A stretch of 12,061 bases of DNA from Hyphomicrobiaceae bacterium. Lineage in GTDB: Bacteria > Pseudomonadota > Alphaproteobacteria > Rhizobiales > Hyphomicrobiaceae. The position numbers were made by a program, and so were the translations under genes. The stretch spans positions 1 to 12,061 of the forward strand of contig JANLYB010000320.1 in the NCBI GenBank assembly GCA_031365425.1, given 5' to 3'. Shown here piece after piece: positions 1-7,294 of this stretch (position 1 is its first letter; each line of letters begins with the position of its first letter). The notes beneath the pieces were generated by a model that worked only from the letters and a program-made list of their open reading frames with translations, was not told the origin of the DNA and ran no database searches.

Positions 1-58
1 CGCCCATGCGCTGGCGAACGCGGCGTGCAGTCTCAGGTTTCGTCGTCCAGATCGGTAA

Positions 59-202
59 CAGGACATTCAAGAGATCAGGAGCCGCTATAAGCGCATGAGC
101 ACCTGGAGCAATGGCAAGCACGTTGCGCAGTGGATCAACACATTGCGCGACTATGCGTTTCCAATCATCGGCACAAAACCTGTCGGCATGATGCCGCGAT
201 AG
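59..202 (+). pseudogene. Fragment of a P4-type tyrosine integrase (N-terminal/SAM-like domain region only; catalytic C-terminal domain absent)
   Basis: The frame-2 translation from 59 to the TAG at 200-202 reads QDIQEIRSRYKRMSTWSNGKHVAQWINTLRDYAFPIIGTKPVGMMPR*. This matches the conserved '...W(S)EKHAxQWxxxLExxVFPxIGxxPV...' segment of P4-family genomic-island integrases. The ORF is only about 47 codons and stops where a complete integrase would continue ('...ITxxDVLxVL...'). Positions 1-58 carry stops in all three + frames, for example frame 3 '...RTFKRSGAAISA*', which suggests frameshifted decay. The fragment reads toward the tRNA-Ser 3' end 48 bp away. Confidence 0.45.
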
Positions 203-249
203 GCCTTAGAGCGATATTCAGCAGCGACTTCCCGGGCTTGTTGGAGTGC

Positions 250-339
250 TGGCGGAGAAGGTGGGATTCGAACCCACGATAGGCTTACACCTACTTCAGT
301 TTTCGAGACTGACGCCTTCAGCCACTCGGCCACCTCTCC
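250..339 (-). tRNA. tRNA-Ser (anticodon CGA), class II with long variable arm, CCA encoded
   Basis: The reverse complement of 250..339 folds by hand into a cloverleaf. The acceptor stem is GGAGAGG/CTTCTCC with one G-U pair, and the discriminator is G. The D arm is GCCG-AGTGGCTGAA-GGCG. The anticodon stem TCAGT/ACTGA encloses the loop CTCGAAA, giving anticodon CGA. A long variable arm is present, and the T arm is GTGGG-TTCGAAT-CCCAC, followed by CCA. The 151..333 minus-strand ORF in the six-frame track is this tRNA read as protein and should be ignored. Confidence 0.85.
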
Positions 340-428
340 GTGCGTCCCGCAGATGAGGCTGGCCGTGGCTGACGGCCTGCGCGGGAAGGGGGTGTTTAGC
401 GCGTGAGTTGCCTAGATGCAAGCCCGCA

Positions 429-1076
429 TCATGCATCGCAATAGAGGGCTTCTTGTCTCAGCAGCAGGCCGAACCAGCGATGGTTCAGCGTCAGCAGGAA
501 GCTGAAGTGCGTCGGGCTGACCTGCTGGTGCACGATCTCCATCCTGCCGGGGCACAGCAGGGTAGGAATGCCGATCCGCCGGTTGCGCCATTGCAGCACA
601 TAGCGTTGCGACCGGAAAATCAGGCACCTGCGCTCCACGGTGACCGCGAGTTCCATGCAGACGCCCGATCCGATGTATTCTTCCAGACCCGTCGGCCCGC
701 GGAAGCGTTTGGCCGAATGGATGGTTTGGGGAAAGCGGCCGGAACGGGCGTAGATCCGCGTCCAGACCTGCCCGCCGATCGCATCGTCGTCTGCGACCGA
801 CACTGTCGAGGGGCCAATCGCGCCGTCGGCGAGCGGAATGGGAGCCCCCATAATGCGAGCCGCCTGAGCCAGCAGCCAGCCTGCGCGCGACAACCGGGTC
901 TCAATCACGCAGCCCTTGTAGACTTTTGCAACGCCACGCGCCGGTCGCGTGGAAAACCGCTGCTGAACGATGGCGGGCAATTGTGCCCAAGCCGTTTCGC
1001 TGACGAGATCACGGATCCGCCAGTCGCGGTCCGGATTGACCGGTACGGCAGTCCGATCGGCAGCGCACCCATCCAT
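429..1076 (-). CDS. DUF4166-like domain protein (function unknown)
   Basis: The protein reads '...WAQLPAIVQQRFS...GVAKVYKGCVIETRLSRAGWLLAQAARIMGAPIPLADG...VSVADDDAIGGQVWTRIYARSGRFPQTIHSAKRF...GLEEYIGSGVCMELAVTVERRCLIFRSQRYVL...'. This follows the DUF4166 pattern as I recall it (LPxxVRxxH, a Gly/Arg block, W-T-R-x-F, LxExxGP, and a second W-rich C-terminal half). I prefer the start at 1076 (ATG) because GGAG lies 9 nt upstream; the alternative ATG at 1118 would overlap the upstream gene. The + strand ORF 408..1193 is the antisense shadow. Co-directional with the GbsR-like gene, 16-nt spacer, so probably an operon. Confidence 0.65.
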   Translation of the reverse strand: MDGCAADRTAVPVNPDRDWRIRDLVSETAWAQLPAIVQQRFSTRPARGVAKVYKGCVIETRLSRAGWLLAQAARIMGAPIPLADGAIGPSTVSVADDDAIGGQVWTRIYARSGRFPQTIHSAKRFRGPTGLEEYIGSGVCMELAVTVERRCLIFRSQRYVLQWRNRRIGIPTLLCPGRMEIVHQQVSPTHFSFLLTLNHRWFGLLLRQEALYCDA

Positions 1077-1092
1077 GACTGCCCCACTCCTA

Positions 1093-1677
1093 TCACTTTG
1101 CCCGTTTGCTGCGGCCAATGGGCTGGACGAAACGGGCTAACGCGCCGCCCATGCGAATCAAGGCGAGAATGGTGGGCGACGGCAGCCGCATGATCTCGCC
1201 AAACCCCCTATCGATCGTTTCCATGAATTGAAGCATCGCCTTGAGCCGCAGGCGGGCGCTGACGGAAACATCGCTACCGTTTTCCGCTTCGGCAACGCAC
1301 GATTTGAGCATCGCCAGACTGGGGTCCAGTTCGCGGGCTTTGCGGCCCATGGCGATGCGGCGCACCATTTCGAACATGTCGGCTTCCGCTTCGTAATAGT
1401 CGCGCCGGTCGCCCATGATTTGAACCCGCCGGATCAGCGTCCACGCCAGCAACTCCTTGAGGGAGTTAGACACATTCGAACGCGCGAGTCCTAAGCGCTC
1501 GGCAATGTCTTCAGCCGTCAAGGGGTGCTCGGCAAGATACAGCAGAGCATGGATCTGGCTCACGGAACGGTTGACGCCCCAAACGTCGCCCATCTCGCCC
1601 CAGTGCAGCACGAACCGCTCGATCGCCGGTGGGAGCTTCTCTACAGTCGTAACTGTTTTTTCGGTCATTTCTGTCAT
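1093..1677 (-). CDS. GbsR/COG1510-family (MarR-like winged-helix) transcriptional regulator
   Basis: The translation MTEMTEKTVTTVEKLPPAIERFVLHWGEMGDVWGVNRSVSQIHALLYLAEHPLTAEDIAERLGLARSNVSNSLKELLAWTLIRRVQIMGDRRDYYEA... matches the COG1510/GbsR signature (GxxxGRIYGLLYL...LSxxEIAEELGxSKxxVSxxLxELxxWGLVRRVxxPGDRRDYYEA). I took the start as the ATG at 1677 (MTEM...); the track ORF extends to 1770, but that extension has no protein-like support. The stop is at 1093-1095. Confidence 0.8.
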   Translation of the reverse strand: MTEMTEKTVTTVEKLPPAIERFVLHWGEMGDVWGVNRSVSQIHALLYLAEHPLTAEDIAERLGLARSNVSNSLKELLAWTLIRRVQIMGDRRDYYEAEADMFEMVRRIAMGRKARELDPSLAMLKSCVAEAENGSDVSVSARLRLKAMLQFMETIDRGFGEIMRLPSPTILALIRMGGALARFVQPIGRSKRAK

Positions 1678-1830
1678 GAGAGAAATATATGTCCGAGCCG
1701 AAGCGAAGTCAAGATGGTAGCACGAGGCCTTCGAGGACCGGCAGCAGGCTGGAAAGTGGCAGATGGGCAACAGACAAATCAGGCGATAGTCGATAGCATG
1801 TGCACTGCAAATACGAGCAACTGGGGCGAC
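1678..1830. promoter_or_regulatory. Divergent intergenic region between the GbsR-like regulator and the OprB porin; probable promoters and operator
   Basis: A 153-bp gap separates two divergently transcribed genes. It contains short repeats: CGAGG twice within ACGAGGCCTTCGAGGACC, and CGATAG twice in GGCGATAGTCGATAGCATG. No consensus promoter boxes could be assigned with confidence. Confidence 0.3.
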
Positions 1831-3240
1831 ATGAACTTAAGCCGATTTACGCAGGCCTGCGCCGGGAGACGCGCGGCCAGCCTCTGGCTGGGCGCTGCCG
1901 CGAGCGCACTTGGTTGTGCAACCTGCGCTATGGCAGCCGACGACAAGGCTGATGGGCCGCCAACGGGCATCCCCACTCCGTCGATTGCCACGAGCTTGCC
2001 CAAGCAAGGCGATCCCTTCGGATCGCGCGCGGTGCTGGCTGGCATCGGCATCACGGGAGGCGTCAACTATATTGGCGAAGTGCTGGGCAATGCATCGGGG
2101 GGCGTTAAGCGCGGCGGCATTTATGAGGGCCGTCTGGAACTCTACGGCGACATCGATTTCGACAAATTGGCAGGCTGGAAAGGACTGACCTTTCACGCCA
2201 ACGCTTATCAGATCCACGGACAGGGGTTGACTGCGAACAATGTCCAGAACCTTTTCCCGGTCAGCTACATTGAAGCAACGCCTGCAACCCGGCTGTTCGA
2301 GGCCTGGTTCGAGCAGCAAATCATCACGGACAAGCTGTCGGTCCGATTTGGCCAGCTTGCCGCCGACAGTGAGTTTGTGACGAGCGATACCGCAACGCAG
2401 TTCATCAACGGCACCTTCGGCTGGCCGACATCCTTTGCGACGAGCCTGCCGAGCGGCGGTCCGGCCTATCCGCTCGCAACGCCCGGCGTGCGCGTGATGT
2501 TTGTTCCAACGGACGTCACGACGATCCGCGCGGCGCTGTTCAATGGCGATCCGGCCGGCCCGCATTGCCAGGGCGATCCGCAGCGCTGCAATGACAACGG
2601 ACTCGATTTCCGTCTGCGCGATCCGGTCTTGGCGATTGCGGAAGCGCAGTTCAAATATAATCAGGACAAGGGGTCGAGCGCTCTCCCCGGTGTCGTCAAG
2701 GTGGGCGGATGGAAGCATTTCGGCTCGTTCGCCGATCAGCGGTTTGATGCAACCGGCCTGTCTCTCGCCAATGGCCTGAACGATCCGCGCCGCCACCACG
2801 GGAATACCGCGCTTTACGCGCTGATCGATCAGCAGATTTTTGCGGGCCAGAACGGCAAGCAGGTCAACGCGTTCGCGCGCATCACCGCGTCGCCCGATGA
2901 TCGCAACCCGGTCCAGCTTTATCTCGATGGCGGCTTGAAGTTTGCGGGCTTCGTGCCCGGGCGTCCCGACGACACGTTCGGCGCGGCCGTCGCCTACGCC
3001 CGCATTTCGGACGCCGCACGCGGACTGGATCGTGACAACGTCGCAGCCGGCAACCAAAGCGTCGTGCGTAACTATGAAGCGATGATTGAGCTATCCTACA
3101 CCACGCAGATCGTGCCCGGCTGGACCTTGCAGCCCGACTTTCAATACATCTGGCATCCCGGTGCCCACGCCGATGACGGTACCGGCAAGCCCATCGCCGA
3201 TGCAGCCGTGTTTGGCTTGAGGACGACGGTCAATTATTGA
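1831..3240 (+). CDS. oprB: Carbohydrate-selective porin, OprB family
   Basis: The N-terminus has signal-peptide character (MNLSRFTQACAGRRAASLWLGAAASALGCATCAMAADD). The body is a Gly/Tyr/Phe/Asn-rich beta-barrel with OprB-like segments (GGVNYIGEVLGN, GGIYEGRLELYGDIDFDKLAGWKG, LFEAWFEQ, RFGQLAADSEF), and the C-terminal residue is aromatic (…TTVNY*). The start at 1831 is in frame with the track ORF 1525..3240, whose upstream extension has no signal-peptide logic. The long minus-strand ORF 1837..3057 is an antisense shadow. Confidence 0.85.
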   Translation: MNLSRFTQACAGRRAASLWLGAAASALGCATCAMAADDKADGPPTGIPTPSIATSLPKQGDPFGSRAVLAGIGITGGVNYIGEVLGNASGGVKRGGIYEGRLELYGDIDFDKLAGWKGLTFHANAYQIHGQGLTANNVQNLFPVSYIEATPATRLFEAWFEQQIITDKLSVRFGQLAADSEFVTSDTATQFINGTFGWPTSFATSLPSGGPAYPLATPGVRVMFVPTDVTTIRAALFNGDPAGPHCQGDPQRCNDNGLDFRLRDPVLAIAEAQFKYNQDKGSSALPGVVKVGGWKHFGSFADQRFDATGLSLANGLNDPRRHHGNTALYALIDQQIFAGQNGKQVNAFARITASPDDRNPVQLYLDGGLKFAGFVPGRPDDTFGAAVAYARISDAARGLDRDNVAAGNQSVVRNYEAMIELSYTTQIVPGWTLQPDFQYIWHPGAHADDGTGKPIADAAVFGLRTTVNY

Positions 3241-3261
3241 GCGGTCACTCCGAATCTTAAA

Positions 3262-3300
3262 GTACAGGCGACGTCAGTCCCTGGCCTTTTTTCGTTTGCG
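3262..3300 (+). terminator. Weak candidate intrinsic terminator between convergent porin and outer-membrane protein genes
   Basis: A short stem (AGGC 3266-3269 pairing with GCCT 3284-3287, or alternatively CAGG/CCTG) is followed by a T6 run at 3287-3292. CGCGCCGCCCGCG lies nearby. The stem is only 4-5 bp. Confidence 0.25.
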
Positions 3301-3311
3301 CGCCGCCCGCG

Positions 3312-4292
3312 TCAAAAATTATATTCCACCGACAACTTGAGCGTCTCGTCCGGCGTGTTCTTGTTGAGTCCGAACAGCAACCCCAGACCGACCGACACCG
3401 TCGTCTTCTTATCGTCGTCGTCTTTGGCCCCCGGTTTCCCCTCGTCGTCGTCCTTGCCGACGCCCTTCACGCCCGCTTTGGCGGCCTTCATGCTCCCCCC
3501 GGGCCCGTGCGGGTCGAACCGGTAATAGATGACAGGTCCGATCCGGTGCTGATCGAAATCGCCAAACAATTTCTGCTCAGCCGGCGGCGTGCCCGAATTC
3601 CCGATACGGTCCACCGTGCCATAGGCTTCAAGCGCCAAAGCCCATGTAGGCGAAATCGTATACTGAAGCTGTGCCGCATAAGCGAAATCGCGCTTCCGGT
3701 CAGCGGGTATCAAATTGGTCTTGTCGTTTGAACCCATGTGCTGGACGATTAGCAAATTGGCGAGCGCCGTCCAAGGCCCAGATACGGCCTGAATAATTGG
3801 CCCCGCATAAAACTGGCTGACTCCCCCCCGCACCGCGCGATCGTATTCCGTGAGCAACCCGATCCCAACCCCGTCGCCTTTGACAGGCACCAACACAAAC
3901 ACGCCCTCAAGCGCAACGCCGGTTAAATGGAGATCCTCAAAGGCATTCGCGCGGGCCACCGACCCGGGATCGTCGAGGCGTCCCTTCTCGAATTCGACAC
4001 CGACGCGGGTTCGAAACCACGTTGCAACGCTCATCTGCATCTCAAGAGCGTACCGTTCGCGCGCGACCGTATTGTCGTCATAGACATAGTCGCCCGGCGC
4101 AATCTGCCTCACCTGCCGCTTAGGTTGTCCAAACGACACCGCATTCTGGCTTTGGAACTGCATTTCGCCAGGATCGGATTCAAGATCTTTGGTCTCGAAC
4201 TGATTGACGGCAGGCCCCGCCGAGACCGGCAGAGCGTACGTTACCGTACTAACGCAGATAATCCCTACAAGGATTAATTTTTCGGCTTGCAT
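3312..4292 (-). CDS. Predicted outer-membrane beta-barrel protein, family uncertain (possibly MetA-pathway/'transporter'-type barrel)
   Basis: The N-terminus MQAEKLILVGIICVSTVTYALPVSAGP looks like a signal peptide, and AGGA lies 8 nt upstream of this ATG at 4292; the track start at 4319 is upstream and in frame. The body shows alternating amphipathic strands rich in Y, G, F and D, and the C-terminus ...LKLSVEYNF* ends in Phe, typical of an outer-membrane barrel. A Lys/Asp low-complexity insert (KGVGKDDDEGKPGAKDDDDKK) precedes the last strands. Third-position GC is visibly lower than in neighbouring genes, with many GAT, GAA, TTT, AAT and ATT codons. Confidence 0.6.
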   Translation of the reverse strand: MQAEKLILVGIICVSTVTYALPVSAGPAVNQFETKDLESDPGEMQFQSQNAVSFGQPKRQVRQIAPGDYVYDDNTVARERYALEMQMSVATWFRTRVGVEFEKGRLDDPGSVARANAFEDLHLTGVALEGVFVLVPVKGDGVGIGLLTEYDRAVRGGVSQFYAGPIIQAVSGPWTALANLLIVQHMGSNDKTNLIPADRKRDFAYAAQLQYTISPTWALALEAYGTVDRIGNSGTPPAEQKLFGDFDQHRIGPVIYYRFDPHGPGGSMKAAKAGVKGVGKDDDEGKPGAKDDDDKKTTVSVGLGLLFGLNKNTPDETLKLSVEYNF

Positions 4293-4451
4293 GATCATCC
4301 TGACGGCCTCGATCCCCAAATGACTCAGTCCATTGCCAGATTCGACATATCTGCATCAGTCATTTCGCGTTTTCTGGACACGGTTCTTAACTCCCAATTG
4401 ACGCTTCCGCCGTATCGTCTGCGAACAACTCCTCTCTGGATTAGGCCCTAA

Positions 4452-5372
4452 ATGCTACACGGCAAGGCTAAAAACGGCCGGTCCCAATCTTTGATGAACG
4501 ACTATGCGTCGCTCTTGGGTGAAGCCGTGTTGCGCCATCAAACGCGGACGGCCGAACATGCAGCCCGCATCGAAGCCGAACTGGCGAGCCGCGTAAAGTC
4601 CGAATTCATCGCCAATATGAGCCATGAATTGCGCACACCACTCAATACGGTCATCGGCTTTTCAAAGCTGCTCGCCGAACAGGAGCGCCGCCGCCTTCCG
4701 GACGCTGAAATCGTCGAATACGCCAACTTGATAAGAGATGCCGCAGGTCACCTGCTGGCCGTCATCAATGACATCTTGGATATTTCCAAAATTCAAAGCG
4801 GCAAGTACGCGCTCGATAAGCGCGACGTCCAGCTGGAAGAAATTCTGCTCGCCGTCCTGTCGTCGTTCCGCTTGCTCGCTCAGGATGCCAAGGTGACGCT
4901 GGTCAACGACGTGTCCCCATCGCTCCCCTTGATGCGCCTCGACGCCGTGAAGCTGCGCCAGATCTTTACGAACCTCGTCTCGAACGCCATCAAGTTTACG
5001 CCTGAAGGTGGCTCTGTCACCCTCGAAGCCAAGCAGTTACCTGACGGTCGCGTCGTCGGCATCGTCAGAGATACCGGCATCGGCATGAACGAGCACGAGA
5101 TCAAGATCGCTTTGACCCCGTTCGGCCAAGTCGACGGCAGCCGGTCGCGCTGGCGCGATGGCACCGGTTTGGGGCTCCCCATCGCCAAATCTCTGGTCGA
5201 TCTTCACGACGGCGAACTGCGCGTGACGAGCCTGAAAAACCAGGGCACCGAAGTTTGCGTCATCCTTCCCCCGCCCTCCCAACTCACTATTTCTGAGGCC
5301 CGCGATGCCATCATGGGCACCGCCGGTCACCGCCCAGCTGATGTTGCCATAACCAAAGAAGTCGCCCAATGA
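4452..5372 (+). CDS. Cytoplasmic sensor-less histidine kinase (HisKA + HATPase_c), no receiver, no transmembrane segment
   Basis: The H-box is FIANMSHELRTPLN. The N-box is NLVSNAIKFT, the G1 box VRDTGIGM and the G2 box GTGLGLPIAKSLV. Only about 45 residues precede the dimerisation (DHp) helix and no hydrophobic segment is present. The alternative start is the ATG at 4494; neither has a strong Shine-Dalgarno sequence. The TGA stop overlaps the next gene's ATG (ATGA at 5369-5372). Confidence 0.85.
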   Translation: MLHGKAKNGRSQSLMNDYASLLGEAVLRHQTRTAEHAARIEAELASRVKSEFIANMSHELRTPLNTVIGFSKLLAEQERRRLPDAEIVEYANLIRDAAGHLLAVINDILDISKIQSGKYALDKRDVQLEEILLAVLSSFRLLAQDAKVTLVNDVSPSLPLMRLDAVKLRQIFTNLVSNAIKFTPEGGSVTLEAKQLPDGRVVGIVRDTGIGMNEHEIKIALTPFGQVDGSRSRWRDGTGLGLPIAKSLVDLHDGELRVTSLKNQGTEVCVILPPPSQLTISEARDAIMGTAGHRPADVAITKEVAQ

Positions 5373-7294
5373 ACAATCAGGACCGTCAAATCCAGTCAGA
5401 TACCTCGATTGGGCGCATCGTCTCCGTCACGGGTGCCAAGGCCATCATGTTGCTGGACCATGCCACCAGCGGCCCGCGCGCCCGCCCGGAAATGGGTACG
5501 TTGCTCGGCATCAATACCAACGCGACGGTTGTGCTCGCGATCGTCTCGGCGTTGAGCGTGCCGGTTCCTGCCCAACGCGACGGCGATACGGAAGTTTGGA
5601 TTGCCGAGCTTGGCCTCGTAGGTGAACTCCAAAAGGATGATCGCGGCGAGATCAAGAAATTCAACCGCGGCGTCACCGCCTACCCCTCGCTCGGCGACCG
5701 CGTTCGTGTGGCGACGCGCCCCGAACTTCACATGGCGTTCTGCGGCGACGATGAAACCTCGGTTCGCGTCGGCGCGATTCGTCAGGACAGCTCGATTCCA
5801 GCCATGGTCAAAGTCGACGATTTGCTGGGCAAACACTTCGCCATCCTCGGCACGACCGGTACGGGAAAGTCGTGCACCACCGCGCTCATCCTGCGCTCGA
5901 TCCTCAACAAAAACCCTGCCGCCCACATCGTGCTGCTCGATCCCCACAACGAATACTCGACCGCATTCGGCGATTGGGGCGAGGTCATCAGTCCGCGCAA
6001 TATGCAGCTTCCGTTCTGGTTGTTGAACTTCGAAGAATTGACCGAAGTCTTAATCGGCGACAACGAGCGTAAACCCGAAATCGAAATCCTCCAGGAATTG
6101 ATCCCCATCGCGAAGAGCCGCTACAGCTCGGGCCGCGGCAAGGAAAGCCAGCAGGTGCGCCGCGGCGTCCTCGATCCCGGCCGCTTCACGGTAGACACCC
6201 CCGTTCCCTATCGCATTTCCGACCTGACGAGCCTCATCGACGAGCGCATGGGTAAGCTCGAAAACAAGCGTGATCTGGCGCCCTACCGCCAGATCAAGCA
6301 GAAAATTGAATCGATCTCGCAAGACGCCCGCTACGCCTTTATGTTCGGATCGCTGACCGTCTACGACGGCATGACTCAGGTTCTGTCCCGCATCTTCCGC
6401 GTCCCCGTCAATGGCCGCCCGATCACCATTCTCGAACTGACCGGCATCCCTCCGGAAATCGTCGCGGTCGTGGTCTCGGTCATCTGCCGCATGACCTTCG
6501 ACTTCGCGCTCTGGAGCGAAGGCAAGGTGCCCGTCACGGTCGTATGCGAAGAAGCCCATCGCTACGTTCCGGCAAATTCCTCGCTCGGCTTCGAGCCGGC
6601 CAAGCGCGCCATTGCCAAGATCGCCAAGGAAGGCCGCAAATACGGTGCGTCCCTCTGCATCGTGACCCAGCGTCCGGCTGAAATCGACCCGACGATTTTG
6701 TCACAGTGCAACACCGTCTTCGCGTTGCGCATGTCCAACGACCGCGACCAGGCCATCGTCCAGTCGGCAATTTCCGATACGGGTTCGGGCCTGCTCGAAT
6801 TCCTCTCGGCCCTGGGCCAGCGCGAAGCGATTGCGTTTGGCGACGGCGTCTCGCTGCCGGTCCGCATCCGCTTTGACGAAATGCCCAAGGAATTCCTGCC
6901 CCGTTCATCGGGCGCGGCCTTCACCAAGCAATGGCAGCATTCCGAAAACGACGAAGGCTTCCTTGAGCAATTGGTGGAACGCTGGCGCTCCGCAGGCCTC
7001 GGCGCGCAGCTTGATGCGTCCCAGCAGGCGGCCCAGATCGCTGAGAGCCTCGGCGGCAGCAGCAATTTACATGATGATGTCCAATCGGGTGCGCAGGCCG
7101 CTCGTGCGCTTAACGCACCACTCGGTTCGGAAGGCCGCGTCAGCGGCATCGCCCGGCGTGAATCGATCAGCTCCACCCCATCGGCTGGTGCCCCTGCCGC
7201 AGGCTCGCCGCGCCGCCCCGCTGCCGTGACGCCCCCGCCTGATGCGCCCTCGGCCACGCGTTCGCTCCGCGAACGCCTCATGAGCCGCAGTTAA
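5369..7294 (+). CDS. HerA/DUF87-family (FtsK-HerA superfamily) P-loop ATPase with N-terminal HAS-barrel-like region and a ~130-aa disordered Ala/Pro/Ser-rich C-terminal tail
   Basis: Walker A with the DUF87 'DPHxEY' motif: HFAILGTTGTGKSCTTALILRSILNKNPAAHIVLLDPHNEY. Walker B/DExH-like: VTVVCEEAHRYVP. The HerA C-terminal signature is KEGRKYGASLCIVTQRPAEIDPTILSQCNTVFALRMSNDRDQ. The N-terminus (IGRIVSVTGAKAIMLLD...VVLAIVSALSVP...EVWIAELGLVGEL) resembles a HAS barrel. The last ~130 residues (SAGLGAQLDASQQAAQ...SAGAPAAGSPRRPAAVTPPPDAPSATRS) are low-complexity. Minus-strand ORFs 6562..7281 and 6050..6559 are antisense shadows. Confidence 0.85.
   Translation: MNNQDRQIQSDTSIGRIVSVTGAKAIMLLDHATSGPRARPEMGTLLGINTNATVVLAIVSALSVPVPAQRDGDTEVWIAELGLVGELQKDDRGEIKKFNRGVTAYPSLGDRVRVATRPELHMAFCGDDETSVRVGAIRQDSSIPAMVKVDDLLGKHFAILGTTGTGKSCTTALILRSILNKNPAAHIVLLDPHNEYSTAFGDWGEVISPRNMQLPFWLLNFEELTEVLIGDNERKPEIEILQELIPIAKSRYSSGRGKESQQVRRGVLDPGRFTVDTPVPYRISDLTSLIDERMGKLENKRDLAPYRQIKQKIESISQDARYAFMFGSLTVYDGMTQVLSRIFRVPVNGRPITILELTGIPPEIVAVVVSVICRMTFDFALWSEGKVPVTVVCEEAHRYVPANSSLGFEPAKRAIAKIAKEGRKYGASLCIVTQRPAEIDPTILSQCNTVFALRMSNDRDQAIVQSAISDTGSGLLEFLSALGQREAIAFGDGVSLPVRIRFDEMPKEFLPRSSGAAFTKQWQHSENDEGFLEQLVERWRSAGLGAQLDASQQAAQIAESLGGSSNLHDDVQSGAQAARALNAPLGSEGRVSGIARRESISSTPSAGAPAAGSPRRPAAVTPPPDAPSATRSLRERLMSRS

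Noticed and set aside
151-333. 60-aa ORF on the minus strand
   Set aside because: It coincides almost exactly with the tRNA-Ser gene; it is the tRNA read as protein.
408-1193. 261-aa + strand ORF
   Set aside because: It is antisense to the DUF4166-like gene, and its Arg/Ala/Pro-rich product has no domain-like pattern, a typical high-GC shadow ORF. The minus-strand frame has the recognisable protein signature and a Shine-Dalgarno sequence.
1525-1830. Upstream in-frame extension of the porin ORF (track start at 1525)
   Set aside because: The extension overlaps the divergent regulator's start and promoter region. The genuine signal peptide begins at the ATG at 1831, and the earlier segment has no protein-like character.
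1837-3057. 406-aa minus-strand ORF
   Set aside because: It lies entirely inside the OprB porin gene on the opposite strand. The porin frame has a signal peptide, barrel periodicity and a C-terminal aromatic residue, while this one is an Arg/Ala-rich artefact.
6050-7281. Minus-strand ORFs of 169, 124 and 239 aa
   Set aside because: They are antisense to the HerA-like ATPase gene, including its GC-rich tail, and have Arg/Pro/Gly-rich nonsense composition.
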